From NCBI GenBank assembly GCA_029717555.1, contig JAMDHS010000107.1, positions 45,332-65,331 of the forward strand: a DNA stretch of 20,000 bases. The letters run 5' to 3'. The stretch is from Peribolospora baueri. Lineage: Eukaryota. The position numbers and the translations under genes were made by a program. Shown in pieces: positions 10,295-19,921 of the stretch (position 1 is its first letter; each line of letters begins with the position of its first letter). Under the pieces are notes generated by a model. The model searched no databases, was not told where the DNA came from, and was given only the letters and a program-made list of their open reading frames with translations.

Positions 10295-12848
10295 CTATGA
10301 AGTCCACTTGTCCAGAAAGACGAAGAGGATCGGAACCCATCCGGCTCCAAGGAAGCCGATGCCCGCGTACGTAATCACCTTAGTTAAAACTGGGATGGAC
10401 GGCATAGAGAGGAAGAGGGCGGCGAAGAAGTTGAGGTTTCCATCAGTTCACAGGACGACGAAGACGCCAGCTGCACCTTTTGCCCCGGTTATGGGCACCG
10501 TTCACGTGAGCGACGGCCGTTCTCACCTTCAGCATCATAGTGCTTCACATCCTTGCCGCTCGACTCGCCCTGCCTCGCCGCCACGTCGTTCAGCATGAAG
10601 CTTGGCGTCGGCGTCGGCGGCCTTCCGAGCTCCCTGGCATCCCGCTCCCTCTCCTTCTCCTTCTCCTGCACGGCGGTCATTGCCCGACCGCCGACTGTGC
10701 CATGAGCATAAGGATTCGCAGTCGCCACCGGTCCCCGCAGCTTGAGCACGCCCGGCTCAGCTGCCGGGTTCGCCCTGGATGCGATGTCGGAGGAAGCACC
10801 AAGAGGGACAGAGCGCGAGGATGCCGAGTGGTGCAGGGAGTGGTTGGAGAAGGTCGAGGGGAGGTCGATGACGGAGGGAATCGGATGGAGGAGACCATCG
10901 GGAGGAGGAGGTGGAATGGATTTATAATCTCTGAGGCGTCCCAAGGCAGGTAAAATAGCGAGAGAAACGGCCCAATATTAGTCGAAGACCGGTAAACTTC
11001 TCACGAACCGAGTCCAACGAACCGACGACGCGCGCGCGAGGCACTCACGTGGCGGGCGTGTAATGCCGCCTAGGCAAGGTGAAGCTGAAGGTCTGAGCGA
11101 CAAAGCGGAAGATGGGAGGCAGGGCCACGCGGCAAACGGCCTTGGCGAGGAGACGCCAGACAAAGATGCAGGAGATGCCTGATTCGACGGTTCAAGGCGG
11201 GGAAAATTTAGCTGCACGGTTGATTCATCGTACAAAGCCATGGGCAGACCGCAATAGCGCCGGTCCCAACCACTCACCGAGCGCCATCTTAGCGAGGGAC
11301 CGACCGGACCAACCGATCCAGGTCTCGTCCTCCATCAGCGGAGGCACCGCCCATGTCGTGCCACCAAGCCCAGAGGCAGCGGTACCGCCGCCGAGGGAAG
11401 CAGATATAGTGTTGCCGAGATGATCGGCAGCGGTGCCCACAGCGTGGAGGAAGGGGTGTCGGTCGCCGAGAAGAGCGAGTTTGACGCTCTGCCACCGCCC
11501 AAGCTGGACGCCCATCACTACGCTTACGAAGGCAATCGCATCTTCGAAGCAGGGGCAGTCGTCTACAGGTTCCGGGTGGAGGGAGACCATGAGAAGACCG
11601 CTGGGGATGATCAACGCCGGCACTGGTCGTCGAGATGAAGCGATCGGGTTAGATATTCTGTCGAGGCCTTTTTACGAGGCGCGTGCGATGACGAGCTCAC
11701 CTATCCAGCTGGTGTTGAGAGTGAAGGCCTCAATCTCTTGGAAGAAGGCCCACTGGACCCACGAAATGAAGGCGCCGAGCCCGACGCCGGCGATACAGTC
11801 TGGCGAAACGAGAAATGTCCGCACACGTCATGGACCGGGCTCGAGGAGATAGGCGTCCGTGCGCGCTCTCGCCGCGACGACACTCACCGACGATGCTGTG
11901 CATGCCACAATAAATCCTTCCCACCACGATGCTTAGGGCATACCATGCCAATCCAAGCTCAGAAAGCCAACTGCCAATGAACCACCCGTCCGCACCGGCG
12001 CGCCTAGCTGCGACGACCCAGCTGTACAAGTACAAGGCGACACTGACGGCGTTGGTGGAGTGTGTGGAGAGGAAGCCGTACTCGAGGTGGTGGGTGCCGA
12101 TGGTGAGACGGGTGACCGGAGGGGAATAGGGCCGGGGGACGCAGAGAAGGTCTTTGACGACAGAGGAGAGGTAGACGCCGGCTGCGAGGATGTTGATGAG
12201 CCTTCCAGGCAAATGGCGGGAGGCGAACGCGTTATTAACGCTCGCATCCCAATGTGCGACCGCGTGGGGCCGGAAGTGGCTCACGAAAGCAACACGGCGT
12301 CTGACATTCACTCACCCCCGAGCGAAGCGGGCGTTGCCAAGCCAGAAGCATGCTGGCAGGAAGACGAGGAAGAAGCTGTGCGTGCCCAGAAGAGAGGTTT
12401 GCACAAAGTACGAGTCTAGGGTGGGTGTGCGGGCCGTGGCCTAGAGAAGGGGGGGGGGGCATAATGTCACCACCGCGAGCAATGAGCGATCTGTCGACGT
12501 CAATGACACTGGCCATAGCCCCTCGCGCGCGTAGCTCACTTGAATATAAGCGAGAAGCTTTGTCTCTTTCCTCAAGCTCCACACGAGCGCCTTGCGTATG
12601 CCGGCCCTCCAAGCTGGCAAGACGCGATCATATGCTTCTTCAGGCGAGAGTCCGATATCCGTCGGAGCGCCTACCTCCTCTGCGAAGCTGACGGGAGAGG
12701 AAGAGCGGCTGATGGAGGCGGCGACGGGGGGAGCGCCTGAGAACGGCTCTTTGGTGTAGGCATAAGGGTTGAAAACGGGGCGAGAAGAGAAGGAGGAGGG
12801 GGAGGAGGGGCGCGACGAGGGCGGGGAGGTCGTGAAAGTGGCTGGCAT
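10295..12848 (-). CDS. LCB3: Dihydrosphingosine/sphingoid-base 1-phosphate phosphatase (PAP2 family, Lcb3/Ysr3-like), about 606 aa. Exons 12848-12540, 12440-12316, 12201-11888, 11799-11701, 11622-11278, 11178-11049, 10930-10527, 10389-10295.
   Basis: Spliced translation gives RTPTLDSYFVQTSLLGTHSFFLVFLP, PAP2 motif C1 KDLLCVPRP, C2 EYGFLSTH and C3 GRIYCGMHSIVD, plus the family motifs HPEPVDDCPCFEDAIAF and KHYDAEVLTKVITYAGIG. All seven introns are GT-AG with consistent phases; exon lengths sum to 1821 nt. Confidence 0.92.
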
Positions 12849-13673
12849 GGTCGGCGTGTCGTGTCAATGAGGCAAGGGCGAGGGCATGCGGACGAGGAGA
12901 TGAGGCGGGACGTCAAAGCACAACAGAGAAGCCAAAGCAGTGCGGAACAGGCGGTGCGGTGCGGTGCGGTCGGTCGCGCCGGAGGCCCCTAGGTGAAGGA
13001 GAGGACGAGGAGCGAGGAGGAGAGTGAAGACGGGCGGATTTGTCGATTCTACGCGACGGAGAATATTGGAGATTCTATGTGCCGCCCTGACGAGGTCTGA
13101 TCCTGGCGAGGGCGGGCGGGTGAGGCGGGAGGGGCAAGAAGAAAGATATAAGTGAAGAAGAAAAAAAGAAGAGAAGGGGCGAGGAGGAGAGGGATCTACA
13201 TGAACGACGGACGACGAAGAGGTCGGTCTCGTCGGTCGCCTCAAGACGTCGGTTTGTGGTGGTGAGAAGAGGGCGGTCGCGGATCGAGGATCGCTACCCC
13301 GCCGGGTGCCGAGCGCCGCAGCGCGGGTTAGGGTTATGGGCTCACAGCCGGCGATCCGTCCGGCGGCATCGTCGCGACGATCGTATTTTGTATGTGTATA
13401 TCCTCCCTGTACTCGCGCACGCATACGCCGATCGTGTATACCAGCCCGTCCGGCCACGTGCTTGCTCGCCCGCACGTGAGCGCCGCCTCGGATCGGGGCG
13501 GCCTATTGCGGTGGATGACGAGGAGCATTTGGGATTTCCTGATTCCCTTGTCCTACTTGCACTCCGGACCGTCGTCCTTCTTGCCCCTCCTTCTTTCTTC
13601 TTCTTTATCATCTCCTCCTTCTCCCAACCTTTTTACACCCTCTTGCCGCTTACCCCCCGTCGCTATCATCGTC
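12849..13673. promoter_or_regulatory. Divergent promoter/5'UTR region shared by the Lcb3-like gene (-) and the hexokinase (+)
   Basis: Head-to-head ATGs at 12848 and 13674. The + strand is purine-rich at ~12990-13220 and pyrimidine-rich at ~13540-13670, so each gene has a CT-rich leader. GGGTTAGGGTTA lies at 13325-13336. Confidence 0.6.
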
Positions 13674-16625
13674 ATGGCCGAGCCAGTCCCCACGCGCTCC
13701 CCCGGCAGCCGCCCTGGCAGCCGCAGAGGCAGCTTGACCCTCTCCTCGTACAGACGCGGCTCTGGCACCGAGAAGATGGCCTCCGGACATGTGTGTATCC
13801 GATGCTTCTATTTTGCTTGTCTCCTTGGCCGCCGTCGTGGCTCGGAAGACGCCAGCGCCGCGTTCCATCGTGGCCCGAACTGATTGCTAAGCTCGTCGGC
13901 TTGGCGGGCGCGGCGTCCACATCCGCTGACAACGGGTATCGTCCCCTCTTTTCTTTTTTTTTTTCGCAACCCCTTCACTTTGCTCACCTCCTGCTCTTTG
14001 CGTCTGGTCGTCATGTCCGACACCGCCGCCCCACCTCGCCGCCCCATGGTGGTCCGTTGCCCCTACTTCGCCGACCCCCCACCAACACGCTCCTTGTCCT
14101 GCCCTGCTGCGCCCACCTATACTGCTGATGATGCACCCTCGCCCACGGCGTCCGGCGCCTCTCTGGGATTGGCGCTCACGCCATCCTCCATCGCCGACCC
14201 TGACGATCGACCTTTCTGCTTGCCCTCGCGCAATGGCGACAATGGCGTCGACCGCTCTACATCCACTCACACAACTCCGCCTTCCTCTCCGCCACCCTCT
14301 CCGCCACCTCTACCATTCTTGCCCACCGGGGAAACTCCGGGATCACCTGTGTTCTACCCATCTCCGTCTACACCCGTGCCTCCACGATTTCACTCCCTAC
14401 CGCCCTCTCGCTCCTTCACGCCCGTTCGACGACGCCGCCTCGTACGCAAGGTGTACACCTGGCACACGCGGACCCACGAGAACGAAGAGCTTCCGCACGC
14501 GACGAAGAAGGACCTCTTCGAACATCTCAAGGAATATGAGAAGCTCTTCACCGTCACGCCACAGAGGCTGAGGATGATCGTCGACGCGTTCGTCGACACG
14601 CTCGAGACGGGACTAAAGAAGCATGGACAGACTGTCGTGAGTGGTTCATCATGGGATGATTGACGTGGAGGGGACAGCGGTCGCAAAAACGCGGCCGCAG
14701 CGCCCGCATCGCCGCCGCCCTCTCATCTCATGCGTTGTCTGCCCTCCCATTCATCTAGCCAATGATCCCTACGTGGGTCTTCGGATGGCCTTCCGGTAAA
14801 GAGGAGGGCTCTTACCTCGCTATCGACCTCGGTGAGCCCGCATGACCGGTTTCCAATGGAAAAACACGCCGTGTTCGTCGGTGGCCTGACTATATGCCTC
14901 TTCTTGTCTCACCAGGCGGCACCAATCTCCGTGTCTGCCATGTCCAGCTCAAAGGCGAAGGTAAATTCAGCATCACGCAGTCCAAATTCCGTCTCACGGA
15001 CGAGCAGAAGCAATGCAACGGGCAGGAGCTGTTCGACTTTTGCGCAGAGTGCCTTAAAACGTTCATCGAGGACAATTTTGGAAGCGAGGGGCAGGACGGT
15101 GTCATCTTCGAGGAGGAGATCGCGCTCGGGTTCACGTTCAGCTATCCTTGCGAGTGAGTTACCTTCCCGCTCGGTCCGTATGCACCGGGTCATCTCCCTC
15201 TGACCGATGGTCACCGGTTCGCCCCGCTACACAGGCAGGATCGCATCGACCACGGAAAGCTGATCCGCTGGACCAAGGGCTTCGGGAACCCGAACACGGA
15301 AGGGAGGGACTGCGCTGCCATGCTCATGACCAGCTTGGAGAAATACGTACGTGTCGAGCGAGCGGGCAGTCGCGTTTTCTCACGTGTGGGAGAGGTTCCA
15401 GCTCACATTGCCTCCTCGTCCCTCGGCCGCATGCTTCTGCACGTCCACAGCACGTGCCCATCAAGCTCACCTCCATTATCAATGATACGACGGGAACGCT
15501 CATCGCTTCCAACTATGTCAACCCGAAGACCAAGATCGCTTGCATCTTCGGCACGGGTTGTAACGCGGCGTACATGGAGCACGTGGCGGACATTCCTAAG
15601 ATTGCGGACAAGAAGATTGATCCGAAGTATGATATGGCCATCAACTGCGAGTGAGTTTTTTTGGGTCCTTGCCAATTGGCCGCCCGCGGTCTGGCTCACT
15701 GCACTCTCGACGTTCGGCAGATACGGTGCTTTCGACAGCTTCAAGCACGAGCACCTCCCCCGGACAAAGTACGACATGTCGATCGACCTCGCCTCGAATA
15801 AGCCCCACGAGCAAGCTTTCGAAAAGATGATCTCGGGTCTCTACCTCGGCGAGATCTTCCGCCTCGTCATCTGCGAGCTTGTCGACGAGGGTGTCCTCTT
15901 CCTCGGTCAGAACACGTACAAGATCGAGAAGCCCCACGCGTTCGACACCGCTTTCTTGAGTCTGATCGAGAGGTATGTGGTGTGGTTCCCCAAGCCTTGC
16001 GATTCGTCTGAGACTCGTCTGAGTTAACTCGTCCCTCGTTCCGTGTCTCAGCGACCCGACCGAAGAACTTTTGACGGTCACTGGCCTCTTCACCCACTTT
16101 TTCGTCCTCGACACCACCATCCCAGAGCGTCAGTTCCTCCGACGCCTCGCCCAGCTCATCGGCACGCGCGCCGCCCGCCTCAGCGCGTGCGGAATTGCCG
16201 CCCTGTCGTCCAAGATGGGCTACGTCGAGAGGGGAGAGGAGATCGCCGTTGGGTGTGACGGCTCCTTGATCAAGAACTATCCTCATTTCGGCGATCGGAT
16301 TCACGAGGCGCTCGTCGACATTTTCGGCGAGAAGGGCAGGTGGGTCGGCCGGGTCGAGCGGGGCCGAGCTGTTTTTCGTTGTCGTTCGGATGGACACGAG
16401 TCGGTCTGAGCGATCTGCCCGTTTCTCCCCTCACAGGCTCATTCAAATCACCCACGCCGAGGACGGCAGCGGCGTCGGCGCCGCGCTCATCGCCGCCATG
16501 ACCGAGGCGAGTGCTTCCTCCATCTCTTGTACTCGCCGCCGTGTTTCGCTAACGTCGTCACCCGCCTCCCGTCGCGTTGCTGTCTACAGGAGCGCAAGGC
16601 CGACGGCATCCACCCGGAACTCTAA
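13674..16625 (+). CDS. HXK: Hexokinase, about 523 aa. Exons 13674-13790, 14451-14636, 14759-14831, 14916-15153, 15235-15346, 15451-15650, 15721-15972, 16052-16339, 16437-16506, 16590-16625.
   Basis: Spliced translation contains PMIPTWV, LAIDLGGTNLRV (phosphate 1), LGFTFSYPCEQ...LIRWTKGF (sugar binding), IINDTTGTL, IFGTGCNAAYME, INCEYGAFD, FEKMISGLYLGE, GCDGSL and AEDGSGVGAALIAA. Exon phases are consistent and sum to 1572 nt. The exon 1 join is less certain than exons 2-10. Confidence 0.95.
13791..14450 (+). other. Unusually long hexokinase intron 1 (660 nt, GTGTGT...AAG) containing a 557-nt AG-free zone
   Basis: Phase-0 join gives MASGH|VYTWHTRTHENEELPHATKK. The last upstream AG is at 13890-13891 and the next is at 14449-14450. 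Confidence 0.7.
16507..16589 (+). other. Non-canonical GC-AG intron (last hexokinase intron, 83 nt)
   Basis: GAG|GCGAGT donor, GCTAAC branch at 16548-16553, TACAG acceptor. Splicing yields ...AAMTE|ERKADGIHPEL*. Confidence 0.85.
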
Positions 16626-16944
16626 CCTCCGTTCGTCTGTCGTCAGCATGGAGGACACGGTGCCGGCGCTCGGTCAGGTGTCGTCGTAGCCCTAGCTCCG
16701 ACAGTGCGCGTCGCCGCCGCCGTGTCTAATGATATACCAAAAATATGGCTTGAATCCCGATCGATCGTGAAGCGAACGTGAAGCCCGGCCCCTTCTGTAG
16801 TCTTTCCCCCACCCGGACTTGGAGATCACCGCCGTTCGATTCTATCTGTCGTGTTCCGCGGCCTGTCATGCTCTTCTTTCGCTCTTCGGGGCCCGTAATA
16901 ACACGCGTCTATCTGTAGAGCGGAGGTGATGACAGCAAGGGCAG

Positions 16945-17943
16945 CTAGGATGCCGGGGTCGGAGCGAGAGACGCCGCATTGGCGTGGGGACGGCCCCCTA
17001 AGACGGCGATGAGACGAGTGACACCAAAACCCAAGTCGGACGGAGCTGCACCGCCAGCCCCGCATCGGACTGATTGACACCTGTCTCGCCGCGTTCTGTC
17101 GTCCCTGCCGTGCTCGTAAAGTGGTTCGGGCGAGAAGAGGGATATCTCAATGGCGCCACACCACGTCGCCCTCTGCGTCGCGCAGATAGATACTGGAAGC
17201 TGATGATCAGGGTCGTGGAGCAAAACCAGACGTAAGCGCGGGTTGTACCGCACGCGTCCAGTATCTATCTGCGCGACGCAGAGGGCCAGGTATATGCACA
17301 TCACAAGGATCAGCGTGTGCTTCAGATTCAAAGGCCAGAAGTCGACATAAGGATGGGGCAGGCCCCCATCGTCACCATCGTCCCCGTCGTCGCCGACGTG
17401 GCGCCACATAAGCCGTCGGAGGTGGCCATCCGGGCCGCCTCGCGGCGTCGCGAAGAAAATCTCCGGATCATCGTTGACGATGTCCTCCTCTGTGATGTCC
17501 TTGAGGACGGTGACCGTCCCGGACATCACAGCCTTGGGCCCGGCGATGCGACCGACCTGGTGTGACGGCGCCGAGCGGAGGAAGGATAAATGCGCCTCGA
17601 AGTGGGCGCGAATTTCCGCTCGCAGCCGTTCGGTGTCGGCCGGAGGCGGTACTCGACCGGTCGTCCCTCTCCTACCGCCGAGAACCTGCCTGGCGATGTT
17701 TTGCAAAGGGGCCGGGGGTCTCCAATCGTCGTAAAACCCGCCCGCGGCGCTGTTGGTGAGGGTGGGTCCGCCAAGAGCGACCAGGTGGCGCTCAATGTCT
17801 TGCAAATCCTGCCTGGTGCGGATAGCGGTCGCGGCCGGCAGCTCAACTTGCACGCCTTTACACGCATACACCGTCCACGCGCCGGACAGCTTGCTCCAGT
17901 TACCCATGCGCGTGTTCACGACGGCGTTTTCGTCGTTCACCAC
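16945..17943 (-). CDS. Hypothetical protein (332-aa ORF, 5' end unresolved), possibly part of a degenerate or orphan gene
   Basis: About 1 kb open frame with protein-like composition, a GDDGDDGDDGG repeat and a hydrophobic stretch (TLILVMCIYLALCVA). It is bounded upstream by in-frame TGA TGA. No family recognised. Confidence 0.5.
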   Translation of the reverse strand: MVNDENAVVNTRMGNWSKLSGAWTVYACKGVQVELPAATAIRTRQDLQDIERHLVALGGPTLTNSAAGGFYDDWRPPAPLQNIARQVLGGRRGTTGRVPPPADTERLRAEIRAHFEAHLSFLRSAPSHQVGRIAGPKAVMSGTVTVLKDITEEDIVNDDPEIFFATPRGGPDGHLRRLMWRHVGDDGDDGDDGGLPHPYVDFWPLNLKHTLILVMCIYLALCVAQIDTGRVRYNPRLRLVLLHDPDHQLPVSICATQRATWCGAIEISLFSPEPLYEHGRDDRTRRDRCQSVRCGAGGAAPSDLGFGVTRLIAVLGGRPHANAASLAPTPAS

Positions 17944-17980
17944 CCGTTGTGTCGGTGTGTCATGCCGACGTATTTGGAGT

Positions 17981-18289
17981 TTACGTCGTCATCACGGTGC
18001 TGCATGCCCTGAGGACGGCGGAGTGGCATTGATCCGCCGGGTACTTTTGTCCGTAACTTTCCGCCCGGGCGTCCAGGTCGGGCGGAGGCAAGCGCTCTTG
18101 CTGGCGGAGGTACACCTGGAAGACAAAGGGCCAACGCGGGTCGACGTTCTGCTCAGCCTCCTCGCGCTGCAGGGCGTCCGGCCAGGCGGCGGGATCGAAA
18201 CCCAGCGTGTCTACCGCGAAGGCAAGGAGCGCGAGATGATTATTCTCGCGCACCAGATGGACGAGGCCGGGGTTGTCCGCGTCGATGGG
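17981..18289 (-). pseudogene. Protein-like fragment upstream of, and out of frame with, the 332-aa ORF
   Basis: Reads PIDADNPGLVHLVRENNHLALLAFAVDTLGFDPAAWPDALQREEAEQNVDPRWPFVFQVYL... and has no in-frame ATG near its start. I found no clean intron joining it to 16945-17943. Confidence 0.3.
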
Positions 18290-18504
18290 CCTGCTCGCTC
18301 GACTGCCAAACCGCGTTTTTCATATTGGCGTCACCTAAGCGCGTGGTGTCTGCTGATGTAGAGCTTTTCGAGCCGAGAGGCGTATCCCAAGGCAGGATCT
18401 CTGAATTAATGAAAAACAATGGAAGTAGGGTTTGCCCTCAACCAAGTGAAAGCCTGAAAGCTTGTAGATAAAAGGTAAGGTAACAGTGGAAGTCGCCGTC
18501 ATAT

Positions 18505-18757
18505 TTACACAAATATCAATGACAGCTCATAGCTGACAGCTTTGACAAGTCCTGCTTCCCTGAATATCCTTCCGACGCGCCATACATAGGCGACGATCGC
18601 CTTCTCCCTTTCTTGTATGTACGCGTCTTCCTTTATGTTCATAAAAGCAGCCTTCTTACGACAGTCCTGGTTCTCGTTCCAAGCCTGAATCGAGCTTTCA
18701 TCTGCAAATAAACGAACAATCGAGCACACGTTAGATCCGCTGAGAGCCTTTTTGGCA
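18505..18757 (-). CDS. Possible exon of a small, lower-GC spliced gene or relic
   Basis: Open frame AKKALSGSNVCSIVRLFADESSIQAWNENQDCRKKAAFMNIKEDAYIQEREKAIVAYVWRVGRIFREAGLVKA, preceded by TCTGTCTGTAG and followed by a GTCAGC donor-like site. A GCTAAC...CAG 3' splice-like signal lies at ~18875-18859. Confidence 0.3.
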
Positions 18758-19443
18758 CTACAGACAGAAACGCTCCCTTCGGCCGCCGTGCGTTACGAGG
18801 CGTGTCGCTCTGGCTCTCCTTTTTGTGTGCGCCTCATACTGGCGCCACGATGCCGTGCCTGGACATGCGTTAGCAGCGCAGAGAGGGGTACAACCTGTGG
18901 AACAAGCTTAGACGTATTAGGACAACGGCTATGAAGGCCAGCTAAGCGCAATCTACACGGCCGTGAGTTGAAATTGGTCTCTTTTCAGCTAGCCTTCAAA
19001 ACTGACTTACTTCAATTCAATTTAAATCATACATCGACCTGACAGATAGAGATTCGGCTCTTCAGGCGATACAAGTGCCCAACCTGTGGCGTGATGCTCG
19101 ACACAAGCAGCGGTCCGACCCATTACTGCAATATAAAGAAATAGGTTTGCAAGCGACGAGGGAGCAGTGTCGCACGACGGGAGGGACCGGCGATGACCGA
19201 CCGGTGGCGACGACGCGTCTCTCGACTACGGGCTGTCGGGCCTAGCTCCGAGTGGCCCGTGCCCGTCTGCTATGGTGCCGATCCGGGTTGAAGACATTGT
19301 CACGTAGGGAGTTTGGCTGGGGCGGCACATCTGTTAAACAATAACGCAGGTGAAGGAGAGGCGACGCGCGGGACGAGAACGGGGAAGAAGGAAAGCACAC
19401 CAGAACAAAAATATAGAAAACGAGAGGAGGGAGCGTGTGGCGG

Positions 19444-19473
19444 GTTGTTGTTGTTGTTGTTGAGGAGGAGGAG
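19444..19473. repeat. Compound microsatellite (GTT)6(GAG)4
   Basis: Read directly from the sequence. Confidence 0.85.
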
Positions 19474-19921
19474 GGGGAAGAAGAGGAGTCGAGGCTTGGA
19501 AGAGAAACGAACAAAAAAAGGACGAGGAGTAACGAGGCCAGAGACGAGGCGAGGCGTGATCGATCAGGCGGTGATAGAAAGGAAGAAAAAAGACGGCGGG
19601 GAGGGACGTGGTGCACTCTGCATATTCTTTGGGTACCAACTTGGTCAGGGTCATCGACGGATTCGTCATCTGGAGCCTCAGATGGCCGCACGTCTTCTGG
19701 ACCATTCCTGTTCATCAGGCATTCACCTCATTGCCATGTCCTTTTTTCATGCATGAGACGGCTTTCGACCGCGCACACGCCTATCATCAGGGGTTTCCCT
19801 GCGGGGGTCGTTGTCAAGGGAAACGACTCGGAGAAAGCTCGCAGGACGAAGGCCAGGAAGGAGGGGTATCGAGACTGCGGGGAGCAGGGGCGACAGACCG
19901 GTAGGATTCCTGGCGTTGGCA

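Noticed and set aside
13795..13970. GTATCC...AC as a U12-type intron
   Set aside because: It lacks the full RTATCCTT donor and the TCCTTAAC branch, and the minor spliceosome is not known from Dikarya.
16691..19251. 11-bp direct repeat CCTAGCTCCGA flanking the orphan region as a possible target-site duplication
   Set aside because: Many 11-mer matches are expected by chance in 20 kb, and I saw no terminal inverted repeats or LTRs next to them.
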